In this document: one piece after another, positions 1-12,665 of the stretch | Numbering within the stretch: the first letter of the stretch is position 1 | Layout: every line of letters starts with the position of its first letter | Assembly: GCA_030704615.1 (NCBI GenBank) | Contig: CM060731.1 | Location: forward strand, 33,170,001 to 33,234,000 | DNA from: Takakia lepidozioides | Taxonomy: Eukaryota; Plantae; Bryophyta | Direction: 5' to 3' | Length of the DNA stretch: 64,000 nt | Notes under the pieces: generated by a model | The model's input: the letters and a program-made list of their open reading frames with translations, nothing else | Databases searched by the model: none | What the model was told of the DNA's origin: nothing | Made by a program: the position numbers and the translations under genes

Positions 1-3000
1 GCAGGGACCTCCTCTGGATTATCTCCCAAAAGCCAATCCTGTATGTTTCTCACTCCATTAATCTTGTGTGTTTTGAAATCTCAAATCCAATCAAGATCTT
101 GTATGATTGATATCAAATCTTGCTGTTGATGAACACCAGGTGTGCTCTCTATCAACTGGGTCAGTTTCTTGAAATATTGTCAAAGAATTGGTACGATACT
201 TAGTCTTGCAATGCAATCTAGAGCTGTCAAAACCTTTCAGCTCCCATCCTTCCAGCTCGCCTTTGGCCGGCCTTCATTGATTTCTCTCTCCTCCTTCCCT
301 GAGTGCAAGGCTGTTAACCCTATGTAGTTCAGTGATTCTAATGGGTGTTCACAGTTGGAGCATTGTTCAGGACTGTGTAGATCACGCATCCTTGTAAGCT
401 ATTCTAGAGCTGGCATGTCTATCCTGTGATAACCATGTTTCTGGCTTCATCTCTTTGTGTTGTAGGAGCAGATCTGGTGTCAGCTGCATTGATCGTTTCC
501 GCAATTGCATCATTTATCCAAATAGTGCAGATCAAGGTTCCTTTCACACATTTTGTGATCGGTAAGTGACTCTTTACTTTATCTGCCTGCAGCACCCACC
601 TGTGTATTTTTTCCCTTGTTTGTGAGCACTTAATCAATACACGAAATTCTGATTAGGAATCTGTACTGCAGGCTCGGGTTTGCTGTCCGTGATGGGGATT
701 TCGTTCTCCTTTGTGCCTATCAGTAAGTGCTGCTTTCTCCCTCCATCACACTGAAATGGAAGTGTTGAGACTCTTGAAATCATTCAAGGTTGCTTTTCTA
801 TGTTGCCCACTGGTTTGGTGGATTGGTGCTCCCATTAGACTTTCGATACTGCTGCATCCTTGCAGTCATGGATTGGGGCTGGTTTTGCTGAACCTTAGAA
901 ATCCTCTCAAAAGCCCTCATCAAAGCATCAATTTGATGTACAACTATACCCAGCTTACATCATTGTTCTGAGCCTCTTTCAAACTTGCCCACTGAACTGC
1001 TGCAGTGACAGACATCAGTTGGATGTTTTGAACATTTTCCTCTCGATAGCCAATATCAAATCATCACTTTGATGCACAAATATAGCCGACATGAACCTTG
1101 CCTATGAACCTTGCCCAGTGAACTGCATTCACAGCTACTTGATGCTTGCGAAGAGTTATCTTGCTTGGAGGACACTATGGTTGAAGGGACTGTATGCCTG
1201 GGCTTGTATTGGGATAACTAGAAAGAGTGATTTGATCAGTGTTGTTGCTGGAGGTCATTTCCTCAACACAGATTGATGAAGTTGGTTGTATTTGCACTGC
1301 AGTATTGCAATAAACTGGGCACAGAGAAGGTAACAAGAACATCTAGAAGGTTTACTGAATGCACCAGTACTATGGACCATACGAAAGAGAGAGAAAAAAG
1401 AATTTTATAATGTCGCGGGAAGCTTCTGCTGCAAAGGAAAAGACTGTACTCATAAGACGTTGTTTGCCGTAGCCTTGTGGCCATTGACCCCGCGCCCAGT
1501 TTGAGCGGGAACAAAAGGGACAGAACCTACCTCTGTCAGGGGCTGACGTTGGTAGTAAGACTTACCTCCATATAAAGAATTAATCCGGGTTTTCCAGATA
1601 TCCTCTAGAAATCCCTTCACACAAGCATCAATCTGCTGTGTGTGATTTGCCCAAAAACTAGGCCTCAGGAGGGCCTGGGCTCAGCCTCGAGACTTTCAAA
1701 GTTGGTGAACAGGGGTACAGGCACAATTCCCTTAATAGATTTGAAGAGAGCGTCTCTTTGGTGAGAGAACCCCGGACAGTGTATCAGAAAATGAATACTG
1801 TCTTCAGATTGCCCACACAACGGGCAATTGCACTCTCCCTTTCCTCTCTGCTTCTGTTTGCTGTTCAAAGGTAGGCTTCCTGCCCTGAGTTTAAATTTCA
1901 GTCTAGTGCCGAGAGTGGGTAGACCCTTGAGGTCATCCAAGATGTCCTCCCCCACGTCACAGACTGGAAACAAGTTCAGGGAAGTTTTCTGCCTAACTTC
2001 ATTTTCATCAGACAATCTCATGGCAACAGACATGGCTGAGGACACTACAGCCTCTAAGTCAGATTGCAAAGGAAAAGAGAAAGCAGGATAGAAAAGTGGG
2101 CCACGACAACTAGCCACCCCAACCAAGAAAAAAACTACAGTCCAACTTTGAGTGATTCTCTGAGGTGGAACTTGGATAAATATCCCGCAAGTCTCTTACC
2201 CCCAGAACTTCCTTCTGACAGCTAGAGGCAATAGTAGCGATCCAGATTTCATTGTAGAGAGGACGGAGAAAGAAGAAATTTCCCTGAATTGTTCCAATGC
2301 CCTAACAAGAGAAGAAGAGAGAGGCCCAAACAACTAGTTGGGCATTAAGATGCTGTTCTCGCTGAGAGTAAGAAAGGCCGATACAAAAAAGGATACTAGT
2401 GTATTATGTCCACGAGAGCCCAAAGGGCCCAAGGGACAGACAAAGAATCACACCAGAGAATGTACTCATGTTTGCAAGGAAGGATTTTATAACGTACACA
2501 GGGGCCCTTGGGAGAAGGCAGAGAAAACCATGAACTACTTCAGAATGCCTACATCAGGTGTCGCCTGCAGACAAGGTGGCTTATAATAAGAGAAATTTCA
2601 TGGCGTCCACTAGAAGCTCAGGGGGAGAGAGAGAAAAACGTTACAGGGGGCTCATTGGACAACCTAGAGATAGAAAGAAACAGTAACTTCCTAGGACAAC
2701 CAGACCACTACACTTAAACTTCTGGCAAGGCCAGCTGTCTAGGGAATCCCAAGCTGGAGGGCCTCATGCAGGTAAAGCCTGGAGAAGACAAATCTAGTAT
2801 GTTGCAGAGAGAGAAAGAGAGATGTATTTGTCGACCTTTATATGGGAACATTGTATAAGATGTACCCGTACGGGCATGGTTCCTGCCAAATCTAACTCCC
2901 CCAGCGCAGGGGGTTTTAGTGAACCAGGAGAGAGAAATGTCACTCTTAACATGTGTATGAAGTATCCAAGTAGCACACTCTATGTAAATCTATAGTTGTA

Positions 3001-6000
3001 GCTTTTATGTTCTTTTGGCAGGGGGAAGCTAGTCTAAACTTTATATTGGTTCAGCTCAACAGGTAATTGCGACTCTACGGTCATGCACTTGTGGCGGGTT
3101 AGCATGTACAGTCGGCAGTTCCTGCGACACGTGTTCAGGCCTGCTTGAAGGCAATTGCTTAACTGGAGAGCAAGCCTATGGGCACGTCCTTGGGACAGTG
3201 AGTAACCAGACTTCGCTTCCTTGCAAGGGCATATTCTGCACTTCGGATCATTGAGTTCATTCCTCTGCAGCTTCAGCAGGATGTGAGCCAACTACTACTT
3301 GCATTGGGGATGACGACTATCGGTCCTCATTTGTGTCACTGGTCTACAAGGATAACAAGAGAGCTTTGTGGTGTGGCAGTTTTGCTCGGTTTAACCCCAA
3401 GGTTTTATCAATCTTGTTCATGTATTTATCCTACCAACTTTTGGCAAGCATGTCTATGCAGGTACTGGTGTGTTGCTGGTTGCAAGTGGCCTTGTCATTC
3501 TGTCCACCCCGAATTTTAGGCCGCATTTTTCCTCCTGTTGTCACGGGCTCATGTCTGATACTGTTGGGTGTCTCGTTGGTCTCCTCTGGGTTCCAGCAAT
3601 GGGGCGGTGGGTCATATTGTGCCAGCCAGGTAATCTCTCGTTCTTATCTACCGCTCCTTTTCCCCCACCTTCATTGCTCTCATAGTCATATTGCTGATAT
3701 CAGTATACTTATTTCATATAATATGATGTGAATGCAAGCCCTCAAACCCCCACTGACTGTCCTTGAACAGGAATGTGATTGGCTCCAGAATATTAGCATC
3801 TGGCTGGGACTATGCCTACTCACTCCCTGTGTAAATTGGTAAATAGTTTTGAATGTCCAAAGGAGGGGCAATATCTTACGGGCTGCAAAAAGAATGGAAC
3901 TCATGTCCTCGCTACGAACTACTACCACTACCATCATAACGTTTTACCAGGGAGATGTAAAAGCAAAATAATTAAGCAGCATTGGTATGCGCACGGCTAA
4001 TTGTTATGTGGAATGCATGGCAGGTGTTAACTAGTGCGGCTATGTGTACTGGAAATGGAGAAGTGATTCTTCCCTTTGGCCATAGGAACTACTTGGGGCT
4101 TGGGTTCGTGGTCTTTTCTACACTCGTTATAACCGAACTTGTCGGATCTCCATTTATGCGTAACACCCAGGTAATTACCTGATCAAGATCAGGGTATCTC
4201 AGGATAAGCTACCCTTATCATTTTTAGACATGTTTTAGAAGTCCTGAATTCTGCAATTCTTTGAAACCACTATATAGCAAACCCCCTGTTGCTGGCAGCC
4301 CATCATTTGATGATGACCTGAGAGAGAGAGGTCAGAGAGAGGAATTTGCTTGCAGGCCTATAAAACAGCTTAACTGTACAGTTGGTGACAAGGATTTATT
4401 GCTTTAATGGGCCCTGACCAAGAGACACTGTCTCACCAATATCCAGATTTATCGTGACCATAGGTGTCTACTTCTTAATGCCAGTTGTCCCCCTATGAGT
4501 TCCTGCACAAACGATGTGAGAACATGCGTTTGAGGTGTTGGAATGATCTTCATGGCGAGATAAGCCTGCTATGGAGTGTAACTTTAGATGGGTTTGATGG
4601 TTTGAAATGTACTTTTTGATAATGGGGAGATTTTGATGTGATGGAAGCAGGTGATAATAGGGCTGCTTGTTGGCATGGTGGTTGCATCTGTCACCCGTGT
4701 TACTGAATGTAGTGGAGGCACATGCCACCACTACAGGTATTCCCCACTTTTCATGTCATTTGAAATGTTTCCCCCCTTCAGTTTTGTCCCCTTTCTCTTG
4801 TTGTTGAATTGTTTGCCTTATCTAGTCATCCTCCTCCTACAGTGCAAGTGGAAACTGGCAATTTGATACTGGTAGCAATTACTCGGTCAACCAGGATTCC
4901 CAATTTAATTCGTCTAGATCTGCACATTCAGCTTGCATGATCAATCCAAACTGACATCATTTGTTGCAAAACTGCCCACTGTCCTTCCCACCTTGCTCTA
5001 CCAAAGTATGGCCACTGGTGCCACCTTCGGTCACATTCTCAGATACCTTCTTTTGTTATCAAGTGCATGCTTCAGTTTATTATTCACTTCCCTTTGGACT
5101 CCTTTCTACATTCTCCATGCTTGATAGCCCATGAGAACTAGGACGCTGTCCTCAGCTCACTTAGAAACAGTGGCTAGTTTTGTACCTCAAATGCTTATCT
5201 GAAGATTACCATATAATGTTGACACACGTTAGAGATCTGCAACTTGGGCACCAACATTTAGCTGGAGATTAAAACATATAGGACCTTAATTTCTTTAACC
5301 ATGTTTGACAGAAACCATATGTTTTAGGCTCAGTGATTATCCTTGGTTGAGGTTCAGTTGCTTTGTTTAGAGTGGACAGTTTAGTTATAGTTATCTTGGG
5401 ATTCTGTAAAAACTTGCAGTTTCTATAGGGTTCTTCATATGAATGAGTTGAATGTGGGGCAGGTACGTGACAGGAAAGCAGATTTCAGATTCGAACTGGG
5501 TTACATTTTTGTGGACGCAGAGGTTCCCACTGGGCTTCTATGCACCAGCTGTGCTGCCCATGCTGTTTGCTTTCATGGTTACCACTATGGAGTGCATTGG
5601 GGACGTCACGGCCACAACAGAGGCCAGCGCACTTGAGCCTGTTGGTAGCTCTCTCTCTATATTGCTCTTTCTTCTCTCTATCTTTGTCTCTTTCCAAGGG
5701 GCCACAAGGCCACAAGGCTACGGCAAACAACGTCTTATGAGTACAATCTTTCCAAGGGGCTCGTGGCAAGGGCCCTCACAACATCTATGAGGCTCAAAGC
5801 TGCAGGTTTCAGGAACTCCTGGTATGCTCGAGTGGACAGTTTATTTCAACGTAACGGACTTTCTACTGCTTTCCTATTACCAATGAATCCAGATGAGGTG
5901 GACATCACATCCAGACATGACCGCAACAGACTCATTAGGAGAGAGCTCATGGAATTACATGTCAAGAGATCTTGGAAGCTACCAATCTCACGACAAAGCT

Positions 6001-9000
6001 CCACCTCTATCGAGAGACATTCTTGGTGCTCCGCGATGATAGAATCTTGAGACCAAATTACCTTTCAGCATCCTTATCTCCTTCCCTCCTGAGGGCATTG
6101 GGGCGGTTCAGGGTGGGTTCCCACAACCTACGGATAGAGACTGGCAGATGGGAAAACCTGCAACGGGAGGACCGCCTATGTCCAGCTTGCATAGGGCGCA
6201 GCAAGGAAATTGAAACTGAAGAACACTTCTTCTTCTACTGCCCTCTATACTACGAGATCCGTGGGAGATTCCACTGTTTATTCAGTGGAACCCAAACTCT
6301 CACTGATGTCTTCCACTATGAGGATAAAGAATGCTTGGCAGCCTACCTGCACGAGGCCTTCACCGTTAGACAATCGCTAGAACATTAATTGTGGTTTCTG
6401 GATTTGTTCTCTCTCATGTTTTCTTCCATTCTGTCCCATAAGCTCTATGTGCTTTCCGCGGACGTTATAAAGCACCATTTCATTTCATTTCTCTTCAGAC
6501 TGAGCAGACAGTCTTACTACCAATGTCAGCCCCTGGCAGAGGTAGGTTCTGTCCCTTTGGTTTCTGCTCAAACTGGGCGCGGGGTCAATGGCCACAAGGC
6601 TACGGCAAACAACGTCTTATGAGTACATTCTTCAGACTGAGCAGGTTGATGCTTGTGTAAAGGGATTTCTAGAGGATATCTGGAAACCCGGATCAATTGT
6701 TTATTCCAAGGCAAGTCTTAGTACCGGCGTCAGCCCCTGACAAAGGTAGTTTCTGTCCCTTTGTGTTCCGCTCAAACTGGGCGCGGGTCAATGGCCACAA
6801 GGCTACGGCAAACAACGTCTTATGAGTACATCTCTTCAGGCTGAGCTTAAAGCCCTGACCTTGTTATGGTCTAATTGCTGGGCAGCTCACACCCAGCAGA
6901 TTGATGTTGTGTGTGAAGAGCTTTCTAGCAGAATAGGTAAGTCCCACTACTGGAGTGAGTCCCTCAGGAGGGTAGTGTCTGTTCCCTCTTGTTCTGTCCA
7001 AACTGGGCATGGGGTGTATTGGCCACAAGGCTACGGCAAACACGTCTTGTGAGTTCGTTCTTATCTCTGTCTGCTATTGTCCCCTTTTCGTCATTTAGTG
7101 TACAAAATATTTCAGTGCAAGCACCCCTAAGGTTGTGATACCCAGTGTCGCACAGACATAGGAACTGTGTTAGACTCCACACCACACTAACCGACCCTCA
7201 GATCACCATACAATCCCTGCCTTACCAGTTTGTCACCAGCTGTGTGTGAGCTTTTAGTGATGGGTGATTTTCATGTGGTGTGGCCCACGAGGCCATTTTG
7301 TAGTAGACCTTTGCAGAGACCAATCAATCAACACATCTTTATGTATCTTTTCTTTCCACTTAGGGCTGTAAGTTCTGGGCACTTGTTGTCCCAGTTTTGT
7401 GGCGGGAAAAAAAAATGGAATCGCTGCAATCATCTTTCCTCCCAAGGAATGCTTGGAGCTAGAGGTACAAGTTCGTTGTGTGGAATTTGCTTGCATACCG
7501 CTTCAAACCGAGGCCATCTTCCAGTTTACAATCTTTCTTACAAGGTCACAAGCCCCTCCACCCAAAGGGCTGATAGCTCGGGCCCTCACAACATCTATCA
7601 GGCTCAAAACCGCTGGTTTCAAGTCCTCCTGGTATGCTCGGGTGTCCAATTTTTTTTGAGTGCAATGGACCATTGCTTCCCTACTGCCACAAAATTTGGA
7701 GGGGGTGGAAATCGCGTCCAAGCAGGACCGCAATAGATGCATCCGAGGAGAACTTATCAGGCAGCCATGGAAACCAGCCCATCTTACGACAAAACTGCAG
7801 TTGTTTTGGGAGACAATCTTGGTCCTCCCTGACGTTAGAATTTTGCGTCCAATAACCTGTCAGCAGCTCTATCTCCCTCTCTTCTAAGGTCAGGGTGGGC
7901 TTCCACAGTCTGTGGATAGAGACTGATATTAGGGACAACCTGCAATGTAAGCACCGCCTAGGCCCCACTTGCGCTGGGATCAGGGAAGTAAAAAGTGAAG
8001 AGCGTTTCTTCTTTCACTGCCCTTTCTACTATGGGATCTGTGGGAGATTCATTTGTCTATTCCGTGATACCCATTCTATCGTGGAGGTCTTTGATCATGA
8101 GGATCATAAATGCTTGGCAGCTTACCTGCATGAGGCGTTGACTCTTCAATGATACCTTGAGCAATAGTTGCTTTTTGGGCTGCTTGTGGAGGGCTCCTCT
8201 CTTCCTGTTTCTTCTTTCACTTGTCCCATAAGCTCTTTGAGCTTTCTGGAGACTGTATAAAGTACCATTCCATTTCATTTCTTCTTGTCGGGGCCCACTC
8301 TCTTGTTTCAAGCTTTCTCTTGTTCCATAAGCTCTTTAGCTTTCCGTGGACGTCATCAAGTATCATTTCAATTCTCCTGCTCACAAAGAGCTTTCTTCCA
8401 TGCAGGGTCTCAATTTGAGAAATCCATTCAAGGGGCCATACTAGCAGATGGGTTGAATTCGTTTTGGGGTGCACTCGCAACATTGACACCTGTAACTACA
8501 TTCGCACAGAATAATGGGGTCATCTCCCTCTCACGATGCGCATCGCGTCGTGCTGGAATAGCATGCTGTTTCTGGCTGCTATTCTTTGGAATTTTTGCAA
8601 AAGTTGCTGCCATCATTCTCACTATACCCAACTGTGTGCTCGGAGCCATGACGACTTTCTTGTTCACCAGTGTTGTAGTTTCAGGCATTCATGTCCTCAA
8701 CTTACAGGGGCTCACAAGGCGAACTCGATTCATTGCTATCATGGGACTTGGCATCGGACTTGGAGTGAATTTGGTGCCGGCATGGGTGAACATTACTGGA
8801 CAAGACAAATATCCAAAACAAGGCAATTTTTGGCCTGTGAATCCTGGATGGAGTTCATCATATCGAGGTCTCACTCTTGGGCAATGTCTGGAGTCTCTTT
8901 CGCAAGTGTAGGTTTTGTTGGTTAGATGCTGCAGACCTTAAGAGTGGTGTGTCATGAGGTCGAACTCTGATTCGGCTTTCTGAAATATAATTTCATATCA

Positions 9001-9860
9001 CTTTCTATTGTTTCTGTGTAGGGCCCCCCTCTCATTCTTGTTTCATGCTTTCTCTTGTCCCATAATCTCTTTGACCTTTCCATTACGTTATAAAGTATCA
9101 TTTCATTCTCTCTTGCATAGGACCCTTGTCTGACATTAATTTTTAGCTACCTGATCTGGTGCTCTCTATGCTTTCCAAGACCTACCAGCGAACTTATAAC
9201 CTGAAATGTTTGAGCTTCATCTTGAAGGCCATCAGTTCTTACTTTTGTTGACGAGCTGTTGGCTGAATTTGCAGGATTTCGTGACTCCATCATCATTCTC
9301 ATGTCCAATGGGTTCTCAATAGGAGGACTCATAGCCCTCTTTCTCAACCTCGCTTTACCTTTTGATATGGAAACCGCAACCCAGTCCCTACTCGCCAGTT
9401 CAAGTGCCAGGTCTGTCCCCTACCTACTTCATTTTAGTAGCTGAATTTGGTTGGTTACAAGTCAAATGCATGCTCATGTGTGTCCATAGTTTCCATCTCA
9501 ATGGAGCATTTAATAGGTTTTTCCCTACTATCTAAATGATCTCTTTCCTCCTCTCATAGCCTGGTCTCTCCAAACTGAGGACTGGGACTACGGGATTATA
9601 GCCACAAGGCTACTGAAATCTTAACAAGTCATCTTCTTTATCCCTCTTTTCCAGTATGATAATTAAAAGAGGAAATGCAGTATCTGACAATGGTGGTGGC
9701 AAAGTCTTTAGTTGCCAGGCTGCCCTTAATCCTGGACCCCCAAATCCTAGCTGTCCTTCCTCTTTAGCAAAGTGCATGCAAGGATTGACACGAGCTTGTA
9801 TGGACTTCTTACTTTCACAGGGAGCAGCTGAATAATGGTGATCAGAAAGAGGAACCTTAG
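1..9860 (+). CDS. NCS2/NAT-family nucleobase:H+ symporter, UapA/UapC-like uric acid-xanthine permease (5' end lies upstream of the window)
   Basis: Exons <1-40, 472-561, 672-722, 3055-3197, 3462-3629, 4024-4170, 4651-4736, 5463-5644, 8406-8867, 9275-9410 and 9821-9860 join in frame through GT..AG introns and end in TAG. Motifs: YLVSAALIVS, GSGLLSVMGISF, AYGHVLGT, FPPVVTG, MECIGD, ILADG and the NAT signature TTFAQNNGVISLSRCASRRAG. Confidence 0.93.
1445..2980 (-). mobile_element. 5'-truncated, degenerate non-LTR retrotransposon (LINE family A) in a permease intron
   Basis: ORF 1665-2126 encodes KFKLRAGSLPL..CPLCGQSEDSIHFLIHCP, a C-terminal CCHC-type domain of LINE ORF2. The 3' terminus GGCCACAAGGCTACGGCAAACAACGTCTTATGAGTACA is shared with at least six other copies in the window. 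The 5' limit is approximate. Confidence 0.75.
5703..5746 (+). mobile_element. About 44-nt extreme 3' fragment of LINE family A with a 14-bp target-site duplication
   Basis: The family A terminus is flanked by TCTTTCCAAGGGGC at 5689-5702 and 5747-5760. Confidence 0.8.
5747..6490 (+). mobile_element. 5'-truncated LINE family B (RTE-X/CR1-like ORF2 C-terminus) with a (CATTT)n tail
   Basis: ORF 5972-6388 encodes LGRFRVGSHNLRIETGRW..DRLCPAC..ETEEHFFFYCPLY. The element ends ATAAAGCACCATTTCATTTCATTT and is similar to 7290-8280. Confidence 0.85.
6491..7054 (+). mobile_element. Three head-to-tail 3' fragments of LINE family A (about 6508-6627, 6645-6830, 6831-7054)
   Basis: Each fragment ends in the family A terminus. 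TCTTCAG(A/G)CTGAGC recurs at 6492, 6629 and 6833. Confidence 0.8.
7290..8280 (+). mobile_element. Second, more decayed LINE family B copy
   Basis: Colinear with 5760-6490 (ARALTTSIRLKTAGF; GFHSLWIET..EERFFFHCPFYY) with stops and frameshifts, and a CATTT-type tail. Confidence 0.8.
8290..8375 (+). repeat. Short LINE family B 3'-UTR fragment (a similar one lies at about 9021-9108)
   Basis: Matches the 3' UTR of the longer B copies (TGTCCCATAAGCTCTTT..ATAAAGTATCATTT). Confidence 0.65.
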
Positions 9861-10262
9861 GTCACACTCCTGTATATGAAGACACCCGAGAAATATTCCA
9901 AACGAATATTCCTTGACTGCCTGGGACTTCACACTTTTATCATCAGCCACATTGAAGGAGATCAATGGATAGAATGTAAGTTGTATGAACAGTTCTTATG
10001 AGATGTTGGAGGACTGCTAAACGCCCTTCCTAACGGATGCAATCGTGATCAAGATGTTTCAGTTTCTGCTCTGCTCTTTTTCTGCGTTTTGCAACTCATG
10101 GTGCTTTGTCAGCGTGTATATTAATGCCTAGACAAAAACAAGGTGCAGGCTGGCAGAAGGTCAGATCTGGACGTACATGAAGTGGGCGGAAAGCTTGTCT
10201 GTGATTTGGATTCCATAGAGAGTGTGTCAGGATCCTTGGACTAACTGTAGGATGAGACTACC

Positions 10263-10715
10263 CTACAGAGGTTCTTCTGAAACAAGATAAAATGTCTCTG
10301 TATCTGTATCCTCTCTTGACAGCGAAGGAGGGTTGCCTTGCACTTCTTCCCCAAGTTGTGACCATTTCCCTTCGAGGAACCGCCAAACCTTCATTCTATG
10401 TTGTTGGATCCCTCCCGAGTCTCCAAGCACTATCTTGTCAAACACGCTCACAACAATGAAGTGTCGCGTCTGCATCGGGAAATAGTTGTTCTTCCAGAAG
10501 TCAATGTTCAGCACAGGTTCATTGAACAAAAAGAGCAGCGAGAATGTCCTCGTGTCCAGGTTGTGCAGCTCCTCGACCGAGCCCTTACTCGAAAAGTTAG
10601 AAGTGAAGATACGGGACTCTTTTCTATATGAAAAGGGCCATGGCACAACTCTCCATACAAGTCCATGCTCTTTGAGATAGACAGGCAATCCGACTGGCTG
10701 TGTGCCCTCCCTCAT
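10263..10715 (-). CDS. Possible terminal exon or gene fragment of unknown function
   Basis: 150-codon ORF with globular-protein-like composition (..FIVVSVFDKIVLG..MKVWRFLEGKWSQL). No family recognised and upstream exons not identified. Confidence 0.3.
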   Translation of the reverse strand: MREGTQPVGLPVYLKEHGLVWRVVPWPFSYRKESRIFTSNFSSKGSVEELHNLDTRTFSLLFLFNEPVLNIDFWKNNYFPMQTRHFIVVSVFDKIVLGDSGGIQQHRMKVWRFLEGKWSQLGEEVQGNPPSLSREDTDTETFYLVSEEPL

Positions 10716-12665
10716 CCCACAAACGGGCTATCTGATCCTGATGATAAGTAATACAAGTGGGAGCTCTTCGCATCCTTGTCACCAAATTTGTCATACAAGT
10801 TGCTGTTACAATACGAATCACTTCCCGTACCAGTATATCCTGGGATTCAGGTATATCTAGCGGTCTGAAAGAAAAAAATACTCAGACCAACTATTATCAT
10901 GCCCAAACCACCTAATCTGAAAAGGAGTATGCGAACTAGGTGGTGCTCTATCACCATGTAATATTTGGAATGAAAATTTAAAGACCAAAACATGTACAGT
11001 ATCACCAACATATTTGTGGGGATGCTGAAGAATTGGATGCTCAAAAGTCTGGCAGAGTTGCTCATATAGAAAACTCTACCCCTGGAAAGCTGGTTAGGAA
11101 TTGCTGGCCTTTGGTGGAAAAATTCCTAGATGCCTAAAATGTTGCCACAAAGGAGATCTCAATGAGATCTCAATGAGATCTACAAATGCAAAACCACTGC
11201 TCAAAAAATATTGCAACCCAACAAAGCTGTTTGATTGGCTCTAGTTTCAGTAACAACTCTCTGCCAAAAAAAATGGCTCTCAAGTACTTGGATCCTTTTG
11301 ATACGTGCTGAAAGACATCCCATCATTATACTTAAACAGATCCCTTTCAGAGAATTGGAAAATCCCATAAGAAGATGGTGGTAATGCATCAATCATCTTC
11401 CCATATATTTCTGAAGGAAAATCCTCTTCAACCACCTCGCAACACTCTTCCAAGTGCACAATAAGATATAATTGAACAAAAAACTTTGATTCAGTAGATG
11501 ACGCAAAATGGGTGGTAAAATATATTACTTGAATTGACAAAACTATTTCATTCCAGAAGAAGAAAACTACCAAAAGAACAAAATTGCCTACCCAACTCAT
11601 CAGTGCTACACGATGGAGATTGATCCATTTGTAGAATAGGGCGGCGTATGACAGAGTTGTCACTCTTGACGCTTTCTCCCTCATGCATGATCCTCAACTT
11701 GATCTATTGTCTTCTTCACGGGAGTGATGCTCCTTGCTCTAGCTCCAACACTAATAGAACTAACTTCTTTTAAATAAAAAACAATACAGAAATAAAAATT
11801 TCCACAAGAAACATGAAATAAATACAAGGATATTGAAATTTCTATTCTCATACAAGCTAGTAGAGTGTAATACCTAGAATTTGTTGGAATTTGACAAAGA
11901 ATAGGGATGAAAGATGAAATGATTTCTTCAGATCTCTCTATCCAATCATAGGAACACAACTGTCCACCCTGGGAGCTCTACCTATTTATACTTCAAGGTC
12001 CCGGGTTAGTGACTACAATATGATTGCATGCTCAAATTGAGTTATCTTCAACTCTTGTTTTGATACTCTGATGACTTGCTTACCAGCGTTGTTAACTATG
12101 ACTTGTCAGCATTGCTGTTATTGCACTGTGACTTGACATCATAGTAATTTTGCGGAAAATTTGAGTAGAAATAGCCTATAAGTAAGCAGTTGATTTCCCA
12201 CAGAATTAAGCCTGAAATTCTATTTATACATAAAAACATCAGCTGCTTGCACCTTTCTAAAGTTAAGGGTGGCTGATGTGATTGTGCACATTTTGGTTCC
12301 AAAGGAGTGAAACCAAAAAGTCATAGAAATGCTAAAACTTTGATCAAGTGCTCGGTGTGGTGAAACTCATTTTCAGAGCTACCTGTTGTAGGCTAGCCAG
12401 TTAGAATGATCTCAATGTAGTGTCAGGTAGGAGCAGAGTACTTAGTTGTTATGTGCCTTGCTTGACTTGACAAATTAATAACAACTTGTGCATAAACCCC
12501 TGATGCTTCAGTCTAATCTAGATAAGGATAATGATCTTCATCATGGTTCCATCGTTTAACACAAACAGAGAAATGGCCAAGGCGCAAAGTTCATTGGAGC
12601 TGTTGCTGGCACCTTTGCTCAAATAATTAAAACATTTGATAATACATAACGGAGGTATGTTTTAA

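Noticed and set aside
6720-6830. Self-cleaving ribozyme or snRNA in the repeated GGCCACAAGGCTACGG motif
   Set aside because: No hammerhead (CUGAUGA/GAAA) or HDV topology could be built, and the motif is explained as a LINE 3' end.
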